Positions 42,932 through 54,586 of a stretch of 64,000 bases of DNA are shown piece after piece. This stretch comes from an uncultured Rhodobacteraceae bacterium (GTDB lineage Bacteria > Pseudomonadota > Alphaproteobacteria > Rhodobacterales > Rhodobacteraceae), in assembly GCA_905182105.1 (NCBI GenBank), contig CAJJAR010000014.1, positions 32,565 to 96,564 of the forward strand, read 5' to 3'. How positions within the stretch are numbered: the first letter of the stretch is position 1; each line of letters starts with the position of its first letter. The position numbers were made by a program, and so were the translations under genes. Below the pieces are notes generated by a model. That model was given only the letters and a program-made list of their open reading frames with translations, searched no databases and was not told where the DNA came from.

Positions 42932-44709
42932 ATGAGCGGTATCGTCCTTATGGTAACGGTTTTGCTTGCGCAACGTGGGCATATGTTTGGTCGGGTACCG
43001 GTCTGCTTAGCCGTGGGGATTGGCAATTACTTCTCCCCAGATTTGAACCGGTTACGCCACTGTACCTGGGTGCAGGCATTTGTGGGGGGAATGGGCCTGT
43101 TGTTCGCCAAACGATTTGGCGAAGTTTTATCCCCAATCGTTATCGGAATTTGTTTGGTCGGCATCGGATTTTCAATAGCGGCGTTGCGCACCCATTCTTT
43201 AGAGGCACCCGTTTTAGGTTGGCGATATTACAGGGCTATTGAGGGACGTGTGGTTGGCATGGATCGCAGCGCATCAGATGCGGTGCGCATAATCCATGAT
43301 CAAGTATGCCTTGATCGTATGTCGCCATCACGCACACCGCAAAAGGTGCGCATTTCGCTACATGTGAAAGCAGCGCAAGGGATCGAACCGTTGCCAGGAA
43401 TGCGCGTTAAGACCACTGGGCATCTTTCACCATCAAGCGGTCCAGCTGAACCTGGTGGTTTTGATTTTCAGCGCCATGTGTGGTTTGGTCAGTTGGGTGT
43501 CGTTGGGTATACACGCATTCCACTGATTGGCTTGGCGGTTGCGACTGAAAACTGGAACCTATGGGTGTTTCAAACCCGCATGACAATTTCTGCGCGCGTA
43601 CGGGAGGTTATAGCTGGTGACGTCGGTGGTTTCGCGGCAGCTGTTACAACAGGTGATCGCAGTGGAATGGGCCAAGAGGCTTTAGGTGATTTAAGGGCCA
43701 GCCATACGGCCCACCTTTTGGCAATTTCAGGTTTGCACATGGGCTTGCTCAGCAGTGTTGTTTTGCATCTCTTCGTTCGGTTTTGATCTTACTGCCATAT
43801 TTGGGCCCTAGAATTGCGGCACGCAAAATTGCTGCTGGTGGTGCTTTGTTCATTGCGGCCGCTTATTTGGCTTTGTCTGGCGGGAACATGGCCACCGAAC
43901 GGGCGTTCATTATGGTGGCTGTCGCTTTGATAGCAGTCATGCTGAACCGGCGCGCTATCAGCCTGCGCGCCGGTGGCAATCGCTGCGACTGTCGTGCTGG
44001 TGTTGCGCCCTCAGGCGTTGCACGGCCCTGGATTTCAAATGTCCTTTGCTGACACGACAGGATTGGTCGCAGTGTTCGGGTGGATGCGGGGCCTTCACCA
44101 CGTGTCCTGCCGATGCTTTTAATTGGCGCGCTTTGGCTGATCCTTTGGCAAGGCCGGTTGCGCTATATTGGCCTAATTATGATGGCCGTTAGTTTCATGA
44201 TTTGGGCGCGCCATGACCGACCGCTGGTGTTGATTGCTGATAACAGATCATTGTTGGGTGTTATGACGGATCAAGGGCGCGCTCTTAGCAAGGAAAAGGG
44301 GGCAGGGTTTGTTGCGCGTAATTGGTTGGAAAATGATGATGACCCATCTTCGCAATCGGCTGCCGCCTCTTTGTAGGGAACAGGTTTGAAACGAACGAAA
44401 GGCGCCCAAGGGGGGGGCGTATGAATTTGTGTAATTGATCGGAAAAAAGGCGGTGTCTGAGTTCGACCGATGTCAATCGGATCAAATCGTCGTCGCAAGT
44501 GTTAAGACCCAACGCGACTTCGGCAACTGTACGGTTCACGATCCAAAGACGTTGCGCAATAGTGGGTCAATTGGCTTGTACCTGCAGGGAGATGAAGCTG
44601 TATTCTCATCACGGCCAGAGACATCAGTGGAGACCGCATTTGGCCCGCGTGGCCCAGCAACCAACCACCAAAAAAGGCGGATCCAAAGACTAGCCCAATT
44701 CTGGAGTAA
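42932..44709 (+). pseudogene. comEC: ComEC/Rec2 competence channel, heavily degraded
   Basis: Recognisable motifs PGGFDFQRH, HLLAISGLHMG, ATERAFIM and PGFQMSFA lie in different frames; frameshifts near 43035, 43085, 43770, 43970, 44410 and 44600; stops at 44374-76 and 44432-34; abrupt junction near 44088. Confidence 0.9.
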
Positions 44710-44718
44710 TCTTATTGT

Positions 44719-45417
44719 TCAGTAGGTGCGAATCAAACCAACCAAGCGACCCTGAACCTTAACCCTGTCGTCGGTGAATACGCGTGGTGGATAGGCTGGA
44801 TTGGCGGCTTCCAACGAGATCGAATTACCACGCTTGATGTAGCGTTTCAGTGTTGCTTCATGATCTTCGACCAAGGCAACAACGATGTCGCCGTTATCAG
44901 CAATAGATGTTTCGCGAATAACCACAACATCACCGCTGTTGATGCCAGCATCAATCATCGAGTCACCCTTGACCTCAAGGGCGTAATGGTTGCCAGCGCC
45001 AGATAACATTTGGCCCGGAACAGCGACGGAGTGGGATAATTGATTGATCGCCTCGATTGGCACACCTGCAGCGATTTGACCCATCACTGGCAAATTAATT
45101 GCGTGGACTGCCTCAACCGGCAGCGCAGCATTAGGGGGCGTACTATCTGGACGATCGCCATCAATAATACGTGGCCTAAATCCGCCTGCTTGAGAGGTCA
45201 TGCTGTCAGGGAGTTTAACAATTTCGATTGCACGAGCGCGGTGTGCAAGACGGCGAATAAACCCGCGTTCCTCAAGTGCTGTGATCAGACGATGGATGCC
45301 TGATTTAGACCGAAGGTCCAACGCTTCTTTCATTTCATCGAAGCTGGGCGGCACACCATCGCGTTGAACACGGTTGTGAATAAATGACAGCAAATCCAGT
45401 TGTTTTTTGGTCAGCAT
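44719..45417 (-). CDS. lexA: SOS repressor LexA
   Basis: [29 protein letters not shown] cleavage site, GDSM and ATLKR catalytic dyad. Confidence 0.97.
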   Translation of the reverse strand: MLTKKQLDLLSFIHNRVQRDGVPPSFDEMKEALDLRSKSGIHRLITALEERGFIRRLAHRARAIEIVKLPDSMTSQAGGFRPRIIDGDRPDSTPPNAALPVEAVHAINLPVMGQIAAGVPIEAINQLSHSVAVPGQMLSGAGNHYALEVKGDSMIDAGINSGDVVVIRETSIADNGDIVVALVEDHEATLKRYIKRGNSISLEAANPAYPPRVFTDDRVKVQGRLVGLIRTY

Positions 45418-45448
45418 GTGTAGCCCTCAGCCCAGTTGGTTTGGGTTT

Positions 45449-45463
45449 GTTCTACTCATGTTC
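45449..45463. promoter_or_regulatory. Alphaproteobacterial SOS box upstream of lexA
   Basis: GTTC-TACTCAT-GTTC, an exact GTTC-N7-GTTC, 31 bp from the lexA start. Confidence 0.88.
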
Positions 45464-45484
45464 CTGTTTTGTGTCAACTGTTCC

Positions 45485-46657
45485 TTATATGTCCATTACG
45501 TTGACACACTCGCCAATGTCGCGAGTGGGATCATTGGGGGGACGTACAATCAAGACATTGGATTGGGACAGAACGCTTAAAAGTGAGCTGTCTTGTTGAT
45601 CTGCACTGTGCACACCATTCGCGTCGGCAAACCCACGCATATAGTGTTCGCGTGGACCATTCGCGCCGATTGGGGCAGATAGGGCCACACTGCGCTGCGG
45701 ACTCGCGCTTCGACCAAGGCCCAGCATGGCGCGGATCATGGGCGCGATAAAGATTGTGCCACAGACCATCGCAGACACCGGATTTCCAGGCAGGCCGACC
45801 ATGGCCATATCGCCAAGCTTTCCCGCCATCAGCGGTTTGCCCGGACGCATGGCCACTTTGTAAAAGGACTGTTTCATCCCCAACTCTGCGGCAACGGGTG
45901 CCACCAGATCGTGATCGCCCACAGATGCACCACCGATTGTGATCACCAGATCTGCACCTTTGGCCAAGTCAAACGCTGTGCGCAGGGATGCCTCGTTGTC
46001 GCGGGCAATGGGCAAAATACGAGGATGCGCGCCTAAGTTTTCCAGCATCGCAGCAAGGCCAAATGTATTGGAGGCGATGATTTGATCGGGTTCAGGTGTT
46101 TGCCCGGGCATGACCAATTCATCCCCAGTTGATATCAACGCAACGATGGGACGGCGATAGACAGGAACCTGCGCGATGTTCATGGATGCGAGTAGAGCAA
46201 TGTCGGCAGGTTGTAATTTGTGAGGGGCGGTCATTGGATTCCCCTCTAGAAAATCCACACCTGCTGGGCGGATGTTGTCCTTTTGGCCGATGTCACGACA
46301 CAAAGTGATCAGATTGCCGCGCACTTTCACATCTTCTTGGATAACGACAAAATCAGCGCCCTTGGGGACTGGCGCACCTGTAAAAATACGCACGGCTTGC
46401 CCTGCGCCCACGGTTCCATCCCATCCATGACCAGCAGCAGATTCGCCGATCACTTTGAACATGCAGTCATCTTCGACCTCAGCGCCCTTGACGGCGTAAC
46501 CGTCCATGGATGACGCGGCAAAGGGGGGCTGTGTGCGTGTCGCATACTGAGTTTGCGCAAGAACGCGATTGTTTGCGTCGCGCAACGCAACATGTTCAAT
46601 GTGAAGCGGTGAGACCAGATTGAATAGTTCATCTAAGGCTTGGGATACCGGGATCAT
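45485..46657 (-). CDS. moeA: Molybdopterin molybdotransferase
   Basis: [32 protein letters not shown] and GLPGNPVS. Confidence 0.96.
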   Translation of the reverse strand: MIPVSQALDELFNLVSPLHIEHVALRDANNRVLAQTQYATRTQPPFAASSMDGYAVKGAEVEDDCMFKVIGESAAGHGWDGTVGAGQAVRIFTGAPVPKGADFVVIQEDVKVRGNLITLCRDIGQKDNIRPAGVDFLEGNPMTAPHKLQPADIALLASMNIAQVPVYRRPIVALISTGDELVMPGQTPEPDQIIASNTFGLAAMLENLGAHPRILPIARDNEASLRTAFDLAKGADLVITIGGASVGDHDLVAPVAAELGMKQSFYKVAMRPGKPLMAGKLGDMAMVGLPGNPVSAMVCGTIFIAPMIRAMLGLGRSASPQRSVALSAPIGANGPREHYMRGFADANGVHSADQQDSSLLSVLSQSNVLIVRPPNDPTRDIGECVNVMDI

Positions 46658-47127
46658 GGTGCCTCGTAGCGTCCAGATTTACCGCCGTCTTTCAGGATAA
46701 CGTGCAGGCCACCGATTTCCATGCCTTTGTCGACGGCTTTGGACATGTCGTAGACTGTAAGGGCGGTGGTTGAGGCGGCTGTGAGCGCCTCCATTTCGAC
46801 GCCGGTTTGGCCCGTGGTTTTCACCGTTGCCATGATCCGGATGCCGGGGAGTGTCGCATCGGGTTCTAACTCAACCGCGACTTTGGTGATGGGTAATGGG
46901 TGACACAGAGGTATCAGGTCTGCTGTGCGTTTGGCGGCCATGATGCCGGCAAGCCGTGCAACCCCCAAGACATCACCCTTATTGGCTCGACCTTCAATAA
47001 TGATATCAAGGGTTTCCGGCTGCATCTTAATCCAAGCAGCAGCCTGTGCGATACGGTCTGTTACGGCTTTGTCCGAGACATCAACCATATGCGCGTCGCC
47101 TTTGCCGTCAAAGTGGGTCAGCGCCAT
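46654..47127 (-). CDS. moaC: Cyclic pyranopterin monophosphate synthase MoaC
   Basis: MVDVSDK, LIPLCHP and TGVEMEAL. Confidence 0.97.
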   Translation of the reverse strand: MALTHFDGKGDAHMVDVSDKAVTDRIAQAAAWIKMQPETLDIIIEGRANKGDVLGVARLAGIMAAKRTADLIPLCHPLPITKVAVELEPDATLPGIRIMATVKTTGQTGVEMEALTAASTTALTVYDMSKAVDKGMEIGGLHVILKDGGKSGRYEAP

Positions 47128-47942
47128 TATAGGCCTCCGCCAGAGATGGTTGGGTTTGCGAGAAGTGTGCGCGTCGCTATCTCCACGTCGTCTTGACGCA
47201 TCAGGCTTTCACCAATCAAGAATGTGCGCGCGCCGTACATTGCCATATCGGACAAGTCGGCTGGAGTGTTAAGACCGCTTTCACAAATAATTATGCGGTC
47301 CTCTGGAACCTGTTTGGACAGGATACGTGTGGTGTCCAGGGTGGTTTCAAAGGTGTTGAGGTTGCGGTTGTTGATGCCCATCAAAGGGCTTTTCAGCAGG
47401 TTAGCACGCTCAAGTTCTTTGGCATTGTGCACTTCGATCAAGGCATCCATGCCCCATGTGAATGCTGCGTGCTCTAGTTCATTGGCTTGCGCATCAGAAA
47501 CAGAGGCCATGATGATGAGAATACAATCGGCGTCAAGGGCGCGGGCCTCAGCAACCTGATAGGTGTCGTACATGAAATCCTTGCGCAATGCGGGCAGGGC
47601 ACAGGCAGCACGGGCTTCAACCAAGAAATCCTTGGAACCTTGAAAACTAGGGGTGTCGGTCAGCACTGACAAACAAGCGGCACCGCCTGCTTCATAAGCT
47701 ACGGCGTGGGCCGCTGGATCGAAATCTCCACGGATCAACCCTTTGGATGGGCTGGCCTTTTTTATTTCAGCGATCAAGCCGTAACCAGTTCGTGCAGCGT
47801 CACGCAATGCGCCTGCAAATGGGCGCACTGGTCCTGCTGCCTTGGCTTCGGCTTCAACCGCTTCAATTGGTTTGGCCGCTTTGTCTGCTGCGACTTCCTC
47901 CAGTTTGTAGGCTTTGATTTTTTCGAGGATAGTAACGGTCAT
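47127..47942 (-). CDS. trpC: Indole-3-glycerol phosphate synthase
   Basis: [23 protein letters not shown] and GINNRNL. Confidence 0.97.
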   Translation of the reverse strand: MTVTILEKIKAYKLEEVAADKAAKPIEAVEAEAKAAGPVRPFAGALRDAARTGYGLIAEIKKASPSKGLIRGDFDPAAHAVAYEAGGAACLSVLTDTPSFQGSKDFLVEARAACALPALRKDFMYDTYQVAEARALDADCILIIMASVSDAQANELEHAAFTWGMDALIEVHNAKELERANLLKSPLMGINNRNLNTFETTLDTTRILSKQVPEDRIIICESGLNTPADLSDMAMYGARTFLIGESLMRQDDVEIATRTLLANPTISGGGL

Positions 47943-48958
47943 GATGCCTCCTGAGTGATACGAGCCACGGCAGTAATTTTATCGCGTGCTGCACCACTGT
48001 CGATGCTGGTTCGGGCCATTTCAACGCCCTGTTTAAGATCGGTCGCAACATCTGCAACAACAAGCGCTGCGGCTGAATTTAGCAATACGGCGTCGCGGTA
48101 GGCGCTTTGTACGCCATCAAGCAATACATTGAAGTCATGTGCGTTTTCTTCCGGCGTGCCGCCAATGATATCCTCAAATGGATGTATCGGCAGGCCTGCT
48201 TCTTCTGGGTGAGTTTCGAAATCGATGACCTGTCCATTTTCCAGAGCAGACACCCAGCTGACGCCAGTGATGGTTAATTCGTCAGTGCCGTCAGACCCGT
48301 GAACCAGCCACGCCTTTTCTGATCCCAATTGTCCAAGTGTTTCGGCCATCGGGCGGATTAAATCACGTGAAAATGCGCCAGTGAGTTGGCGCTTTACGCC
48401 AGCGGGATTGGTCAAAGGGCCAAGGATGTTAAAGATTGTCCGCGTGCCCAGTTCTGCACGCGTTGGCATAACATGTGCGATGGCAGGATGGTGCATCGGG
48501 GCCATCATGAAGCCAATACCGGCTTCTTTTAGTGCTTTTTCAACAACTTTAGGTCCGACCATAACGTTCAGACCCATTTGGATCAGTGCATCTGAGGCAC
48601 CTGATTTTGATGACAGATTGCGATTGCCGTGCTTTGCAACAGTCACCCCAGCACCCGCGACTACAAAAGCTGTTGCGGTTGAGATGTTCAGAGTGTTTTT
48701 TCCGTCGCCACCTGTTCCGACAATATCCATTGCACCTGCTGGTGCTGACACCGCGTGACATTTGGCGCGCATAACTGCTGCAGCCGCTGCGTATTCATCA
48801 ACTGTTTCGCCGCGTGTGCGCAGCGCCATTAGGAAGCCGCCGATTTGGCTTGGCGTTGCTTCACCTTCAAACAAGATACCAAATGCTGTTTGGGCTTGTT
48901 CACGGGTTAGGGGGCCATTGGCTGCCGCGTCGATCAGGGGTTTGAGTGCGTCACTCAT
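47939..48958 (-). CDS. trpD: Anthranilate phosphoribosyltransferase
   Basis: [18 protein letters not shown] and [13 protein letters not shown]. Confidence 0.97.
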   Translation of the reverse strand: MSDALKPLIDAAANGPLTREQAQTAFGILFEGEATPSQIGGFLMALRTRGETVDEYAAAAAVMRAKCHAVSAPAGAMDIVGTGGDGKNTLNISTATAFVVAGAGVTVAKHGNRNLSSKSGASDALIQMGLNVMVGPKVVEKALKEAGIGFMMAPMHHPAIAHVMPTRAELGTRTIFNILGPLTNPAGVKRQLTGAFSRDLIRPMAETLGQLGSEKAWLVHGSDGTDELTITGVSWVSALENGQVIDFETHPEEAGLPIHPFEDIIGGTPEENAHDFNVLLDGVQSAYRDAVLLNSAAALVVADVATDLKQGVEMARTSIDSGAARDKITAVARITQEAS

Positions 48959-49536
48959 GCTGGCACCACCATCTCATTTACAAAGTTCTGCAGTAGCGCA
49001 TGACCGTGTTCAGAACGAATTGACTCTGGATGGAACTGCACGCCGTGGATTGGTAGGTCGCGGTGCTGTAGCCCCATGATTGTGCCATCGTCCAACTCTG
49101 CTGTGACTTCCAGAACATCAGGTAATGTCTCACGCTCAACAATCAAAGAATGGTAACGCGTTGCCTCATAAGGTGTTGGTAAACCTTTGAAAAGGCCTTC
49201 GCCCGTGTGATGCATCTTGCCCATCTTGCCGTGAACAATCTCGTGGCAGCGCACAACATTACCACCAAATGCTTGGCCGATGGATTGGTGGCCCAAGCAA
49301 ACGCCCAACAGCGGTGTACGCGTCTCTGCTGCGGCTTGTGTCAGGGCAAGGCAAATGCCGGCTTGATCCGGGTCACAAGGACCAGGGGATAACAAGATCC
49401 CAGCAGGTTTCATTGCCATTGCTTCTTGCACATCGATGGCATCATTGCGCCGGATTTCAATTTCCGTGCCCAAGGTGCCCAGATAGTGGACAAGATTATA
49501 TGTGAAGCTATCGTAGTTATCAATCAGGAGCAGCAT
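48955..49536 (-). CDS. trpG: Anthranilate synthase component II
   Basis: [22 protein letters not shown] and QFHPES. Confidence 0.96.
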   Translation of the reverse strand: MLLLIDNYDSFTYNLVHYLGTLGTEIEIRRNDAIDVQEAMAMKPAGILLSPGPCDPDQAGICLALTQAAAETRTPLLGVCLGHQSIGQAFGGNVVRCHEIVHGKMGKMHHTGEGLFKGLPTPYEATRYHSLIVERETLPDVLEVTAELDDGTIMGLQHRDLPIHGVQFHPESIRSEHGHALLQNFVNEMVVPA

Positions 49537-49698
49537 CTTGCAAACTTTATGTTATTGAGTGTTTCAGTGCTGGCAGGTTGCCCCGTTGGCACTGTATAGT
49601 AGAAATATACATGTTCGCGCTTGGTAGCCAGCGTCAATTAAGACTGAAAGCCAAGGTCGGGACTATTTGAGACAGAAAAGACAGGCGGAGTAAGCGCA

Positions 49699-51123
49699 AT
49701 GGCACGAGGTTTCTTAAGCGGAGCGATGATGGGCACAGTTGTGTCTGTGGGTGTAGCAGGCGTTGCGTCGATAATGTCCAACGGCCCAGCTGCGCCGAAC
49801 GTATCAGATGCAGCCCCAACTGGGGTTTCTGCAAATTTGAACGAAAACGAAGTGGGTGTCGATGCCAGAACAGGCGATGCTGATTTGGTGCAGGATGGTA
49901 CGAACACTACAAGCCAACCCGCGCCCGATGATGTGAGCGCTGTTACCGAAGCTGGGTCTGATTTATCTCAAAAACCGGTTACTGGTGGCACTGATGGCCT
50001 CGAAACCCCGGTTGCGAGTGCGGTCGATGGCGCCGTTATGGTTGATGGTGACGCGCCTGTATTACCAAGCCCGCAAGTGGTCGCACCTGATGAACCTGTA
50101 AATGAAGCAGAACTGTCGATTTTGACAGATCCTTCCCAACCTTTGGCACCGCAGGTTTCTAAAGAGGAAACTGCGTTTGAAGAAGCCCCTCAAGATGTAA
50201 TTCCTGAGGAAGCCGTTGTTGGGGTCGCGCTGGAAACCGCAGCTGTACCGCAACCTGTTGAGGTCGCTCCAGTCGAACCGCAGCAGCCTGATGCCCCAAA
50301 CGTTGAGGAAGAATCAACATTTCCACCAGTTGACACTGTCGAAAAAGAATTGCGCCCTAAGATTGGTCGCCCTGCAGGATCACTGGTTGATCGCGACGAT
50401 GCTCCGGCTGAGCAACCTTCAGATCAGGTCGAGGTTGTTAACCTGCCCCCAATCGATGCATTCGCGGTGCCATTTGAAAATGCAGACGCTAAGCCACTTA
50501 TGTCGATTATTTTGATTGATGCTGGGGCTGATTTGGAAGGAGCCGCGATTGGCCTACCTGCTTTGCGCAGTTTTCCAGCGCCGATTACCTTTGCCGTTGT
50601 TTCCAGTTTGCCAGATGCTGTTGCCCGCATGAACACGTATCGTGGTGAGGGCTTTGAAGTCCTTGCGATGATTGATTTCCCAGATGGCGCGACAGCTGGT
50701 GACGCCGAAGTCACATTGGATGCAGTACTCAGTCAAATGACCGAAGTTGTTGGGGTCCTAGAGGGCGTAGGCAACGGAATGCAAGCATCTCGCGAAGCAT
50801 CTGACCAAGCCACTCAAATTTTATTATCGACAGGCCATGGGTTTGTGACTCAGGCCAAGGGCCTGAATACTGCTGCCAAATTGGCAGAGCGTGAAGGGGT
50901 GCCAACCTCTACGGTGTTTCGTGACTTTGACAGCGCGGATCAATCGCCAACGGTTATTCGCAGGTTCTTGGGTCAAGCAGCATTCCGTGCGGGGCAAGAG
51001 GGCGGCGTAATCATGTTGGGCCGTTTGCGCGCTGATACGATTTCCGCACTGCTGTTATGGAGTTTGCAGGATCGCGCAGCGCGTGTGAGCATGGCACCTA
51101 TTTCAGCTGTCCTAAAACAGTAA
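49699..51123 (+). CDS. Divergent polysaccharide deacetylase family protein with a long acidic/Pro-rich linker
   Basis: N-terminal TM, low-complexity E/P/A/V region, C-terminal KPLMSIILID...FRDFD...AAFRAGQEGGVIMLGR domain. Confidence 0.78.
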   Translation: MARGFLSGAMMGTVVSVGVAGVASIMSNGPAAPNVSDAAPTGVSANLNENEVGVDARTGDADLVQDGTNTTSQPAPDDVSAVTEAGSDLSQKPVTGGTDGLETPVASAVDGAVMVDGDAPVLPSPQVVAPDEPVNEAELSILTDPSQPLAPQVSKEETAFEEAPQDVIPEEAVVGVALETAAVPQPVEVAPVEPQQPDAPNVEEESTFPPVDTVEKELRPKIGRPAGSLVDRDDAPAEQPSDQVEVVNLPPIDAFAVPFENADAKPLMSIILIDAGADLEGAAIGLPALRSFPAPITFAVVSSLPDAVARMNTYRGEGFEVLAMIDFPDGATAGDAEVTLDAVLSQMTEVVGVLEGVGNGMQASREASDQATQILLSTGHGFVTQAKGLNTAAKLAEREGVPTSTVFRDFDSADQSPTVIRRFLGQAAFRAGQEGGVIMLGRLRADTISALLLWSLQDRAARVSMAPISAVLKQ

Positions 51124-51151
51124 ATAGCAGGTTGTGCGATTAGGCAGGCGC

Positions 51152-52660
51152 TTAAGTGTTGCCGCCATCAAAACGTGCAGCGTCTTTTGCAGCTCTGCGA
51201 ATTGCGCTAGACTTGTGAACGGTTTCCATAAACTCGGATTCGGGATCGCTGTCATAGACAACGCCGCCGCCCGCTTGGATGTATAATTTTTCATCCTGAA
51301 TGACGGCAGTGCGTAGTGCGATACACATGTCCATGTCGCCGCCAGCGCTGAAGTACCCAACACCGCCACCGTAGACGCCGCGTTTCTCTGGTTCTAGCTC
51401 ATCGATAATTTCCATTGCGCGTACCTTTGGCGCACCCGAAACGGTACCCGCAGGCATACCAGCAAAGAATGCGTCGATTGCATCATTGCCTTCATTCAAC
51501 TCACCCACAACATTCGAGACGATGTGCATTACGTGGGAATAGCGTTCAACGATGAATTCTTCGGTAGGGCGCACGGTGCCAATTTTGGCAACGCGACCAA
51601 CGTCATTGCGACCAAGGTCCAACAGCATCAAGTGCTCTGCCAGTTCCTTTTTATCAGCCAAAAGGTCGGCTTCTAATGCGCGATCTTCTTCTGGTGTTGC
51701 CCCACGTTTGCGTGTCCCGGCGATCGGACGAATTGTGATTTCGTTGCCGAATACACGGACCAAAATTTCAGGGCTTGCGCCAACAACCTGAAAACCACCA
51801 AAGTTGAAATAGAACATGAAAGGTGACGGGTTTGTACGGCGAAGGGAGCGGTACAAAGAAAACGGTTTTTGCGCGAAATCTTGGGTCCAACGTTGAGATG
51901 GAACAACCTGAAAGATGTCTCCTGCACGAATGTAATCTTTGGCTTTCTCAACAGCAGATTTGTAACCCTCATGGGTGAAGTTACTGACATGCTCGTCCGC
52001 CTCAATGGCTTCACCTAGGTTACGTGTCTCTGTTGGCATTGTACGTTCAAGATCACGAACTGCGTCCATAACACGTTCTGCGGCTTGAGCGTATGCGGCG
52101 CGCGCGGTCTGCCCATTGCTGACCCAAGCGGGGGACACAACGGTAACTTCGCCTTTTACACCATCCAAAACTGCAATGACGGAAGGGCGCAACATGATGG
52201 CATCGGGAAGCCCCAAAGGATCCGGGTTCACATTTGGTAGGTGCTCAACCAGACGGATCATATCATAGCCAAGGTAGCCAAATAGTCCCGCCGCAGATTG
52301 TGGAAGATCGTCAGGCAGGTCGATTTTGCATTCGCCAATCAGTGTGCGCAGCACATCCAGCGGATTACCGTCCTGTGGGACAAAGGCATCACTATCAAAC
52401 CGCGCAGTGCGGTTGATTGAGGATGTTTCACCCTGACAGCGCCATACCAAATCAGGTTTCATTCCAACGATGGAATAACGCCCACGCACTTCGCCGCCCG
52501 TTACAGATTCCAAAACAAATGCGTCTTTTTGTGCACCCGTCAGCTTGAGCATTAGGGATACAGGTGTATCCAAGTCTGCGGCCAATCGTGTGTAAACGAT
52601 CTGGTTTTCGCCCGCATCATATGCACGTGCAAAGCTGTCGAAATCAGGGGTCAGGGCCAT
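51152..52660 (-). CDS. trpE: Anthranilate synthase component I
   Basis: LESV.GG...GRYS, GDIFQVV, NPSPFM, AEHLMLLDLGRND and GTVSGAPK. Confidence 0.97.
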   Translation of the reverse strand: MALTPDFDSFARAYDAGENQIVYTRLAADLDTPVSLMLKLTGAQKDAFVLESVTGGEVRGRYSIVGMKPDLVWRCQGETSSINRTARFDSDAFVPQDGNPLDVLRTLIGECKIDLPDDLPQSAAGLFGYLGYDMIRLVEHLPNVNPDPLGLPDAIMLRPSVIAVLDGVKGEVTVVSPAWVSNGQTARAAYAQAAERVMDAVRDLERTMPTETRNLGEAIEADEHVSNFTHEGYKSAVEKAKDYIRAGDIFQVVPSQRWTQDFAQKPFSLYRSLRRTNPSPFMFYFNFGGFQVVGASPEILVRVFGNEITIRPIAGTRKRGATPEEDRALEADLLADKKELAEHLMLLDLGRNDVGRVAKIGTVRPTEEFIVERYSHVMHIVSNVVGELNEGNDAIDAFFAGMPAGTVSGAPKVRAMEIIDELEPEKRGVYGGGVGYFSAGGDMDMCIALRTAVIQDEKLYIQAGGGVVYDSDPESEFMETVHKSSAIRRAAKDAARFDGGNT

Positions 52661-52671
52661 CAGTTTAAACC

Positions 52672-54513
52672 TTAGGGGAAGTTAACGTGTACAGCTGCCA
52701 AAGAACGTGGGTCAATGTTTTGACCCGCACGTTGGACCGCGTCACGTGAGTAGATATTGTAAAGATCACGGGCCAATGATTGCTCAATTTGAGATTGCAG
52801 TTGTGCACTCAAGGCATCGGCATTTTCGTTTTCTTCAGTTGGGTTGATCGCATCAAGGCGCACAACCAACACAGTGCCAAAACTATCAACAACAGAAACA
52901 TCACCAATATTCATTTTAAACACATCTTCCATAAAGCTGGGAGGAGTGCCGCCCACAAAGGCCGTGCGTGTTTGATCTGTTTCCTCAGTCGTGGTGAGGC
53001 CCAAACCGGCAAAGTCGGCCCCAGATTCAAGTTGCGGGACCAATGTGGCCGCTTGTTCATTTAGGCGCGTTTCAACCTGATTATTTTCCCAGCTTGCAAC
53101 GATTTTCTCGCGTGCTTGTTCAAACTCTGGCGCGCGTACTGGCAGTACTTCGTCTAAGCGTAGAGCGAATACGCCCCCGTTTTCTAGGTTGCCAATTTGT
53201 GGGAAGTCTTCGTCAGTCACTGCGTGGGCTGCGTCAGCGAATGCAATATTTGCACCGATGCCATTTCCATTGCCGTCAAACCAGTCGAGGGTCCCAATTT
53301 CCATTTCGGTCTCATCAGCCAGTTCTTCTAGCGTTGCGCCACCCGCCAACAGATCATCAAAGTATTGCGCCTGTGTGCTTACAAAACGGCGTGCACGGTC
53401 GGTTGCAAGAATCTCCTGAAGACCAGATTTAGCGTCTTCAAATGTTGTTACCTGTGCTGGAAAGACGCCGTTCACACGAAACAGGGCAGGGCCCAAGTCT
53501 GTATCGAGTGGGCCAACAACATCACCAACTTCTGCGGCAAACACAGCTTTGCCTGCTGAGTCCAATGAAAGACGGTCAACATCGCCAAGGTCGATATCGG
53601 CCAATGCGAGGCCGCGCTCGTCAACAAGTGTTTCGAATGTTGTACCGGAAACTTCTAAAGCAGCGGCTGCGCGGTTTGCTTCTTCTTCGTCTAAGTAGAC
53701 AAGGCGTTCGACCAAACGACGCTCTGGTGCGTTATACTGATTTACACGCGCATTAAACTCGGCACGCAAATCTTCTTCTGGAACATCGATGCTTTCGATC
53801 AGTGCGTCAGGAGAGAGCTGTACATAAGTAAGGCGCTTTGTTTCTGGCAACATGAAGTTTGCAGTGTTTTCAGCAAAGTAAGCCTGCAATTGTTTTTCTG
53901 TTGCTGTCGCACGTGGTGCGTCTAAGTCCGCAGAGGCGAGGCGTGCCCATGTAAAGTCGCGGGTTTCACCGATGTAATCGAGTAGCGTTGAAACATACGT
54001 AGTTGGCATGACAACGCCGCTGATCATTGCGCCCTGCAATAGAGTACGAGCGGTTTCTTCGCGCAGACGGGTTTCAAATTCTGCTTCAGAGGTGCCTGTG
54101 CGTTCCAATGCAAAAGTATATGCTTCGCGATTAAATGATCCGCTGATGCCTTGGAAGGCAGAGATTTCAACGATTTGGTCACGCAAAGCTTCGTCGCCAA
54201 TGCTTAGACCCAATACTGCGGCTTCATGGTCCAGTGCGCGTTCTGAAATCAGGCGACCAAGCACCGCTTGATCAAGTCCGATTTCTTGAGCACGAGAGAA
54301 TGGCAATGTTTCACCGGTTTGTGCTTCAACGGCGCGGATTTCTTGGCTCAATTGGCGGGCATATTCGCCCACGTCGATGTGCTTGTCACCGACGGTGCCG
54401 ATGGTGCGGATCGTACCAGACAAGTTGGAGGCACCAAAACCACCCAATCCAAGCATGGCGAGGCCAATGATAATCCAAACGAATGTCTTAGAAATGTTTT
54501 TACCCGTGGCCAT
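52672..54513 (-). CDS. ppiD: PpiD-like periplasmic chaperone (SurA N-domain plus rotamase)
   Basis: N-terminal TM, SurA_N-like helices, PE.R.L repeats; directly upstream of trpE. Confidence 0.8.
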   Translation of the reverse strand: MATGKNISKTFVWIIIGLAMLGLGGFGASNLSGTIRTIGTVGDKHIDVGEYARQLSQEIRAVEAQTGETLPFSRAQEIGLDQAVLGRLISERALDHEAAVLGLSIGDEALRDQIVEISAFQGISGSFNREAYTFALERTGTSEAEFETRLREETARTLLQGAMISGVVMPTTYVSTLLDYIGETRDFTWARLASADLDAPRATATEKQLQAYFAENTANFMLPETKRLTYVQLSPDALIESIDVPEEDLRAEFNARVNQYNAPERRLVERLVYLDEEEANRAAAALEVSGTTFETLVDERGLALADIDLGDVDRLSLDSAGKAVFAAEVGDVVGPLDTDLGPALFRVNGVFPAQVTTFEDAKSGLQEILATDRARRFVSTQAQYFDDLLAGGATLEELADETEMEIGTLDWFDGNGNGIGANIAFADAAHAVTDEDFPQIGNLENGGVFALRLDEVLPVRAPEFEQAREKIVASWENNQVETRLNEQAATLVPQLESGADFAGLGLTTTEETDQTRTAFVGGTPPSFMEDVFKMNIGDVSVVDSFGTVLVVRLDAINPTEENENADALSAQLQSQIEQSLARDLYNIYSRDAVQRAGQNIDPRSLAAVHVNFP

Positions 54514-54586
54514 GAACGTCCTGCCTTATCCAAATTGTTGGATATGTTTACGGCGCACTGCGAAGGGGGGCAAGGGGTTGAACGCC

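Noticed and set aside
18754-44709. Stop-codon reassignment or readthrough as the explanation for the many in-frame TAA/TAG codons
   Set aside because: All three stop types end intact genes normally, the internal stops fall at different kinds of residue, and most affected genes also carry frameshifts or deletions.
49537-51151. Gene inserted in opposite orientation between trpE and trpG as a recent acquisition
   Set aside because: There are no mobility signatures, and from recall this arrangement is common in Roseobacter-group genomes.
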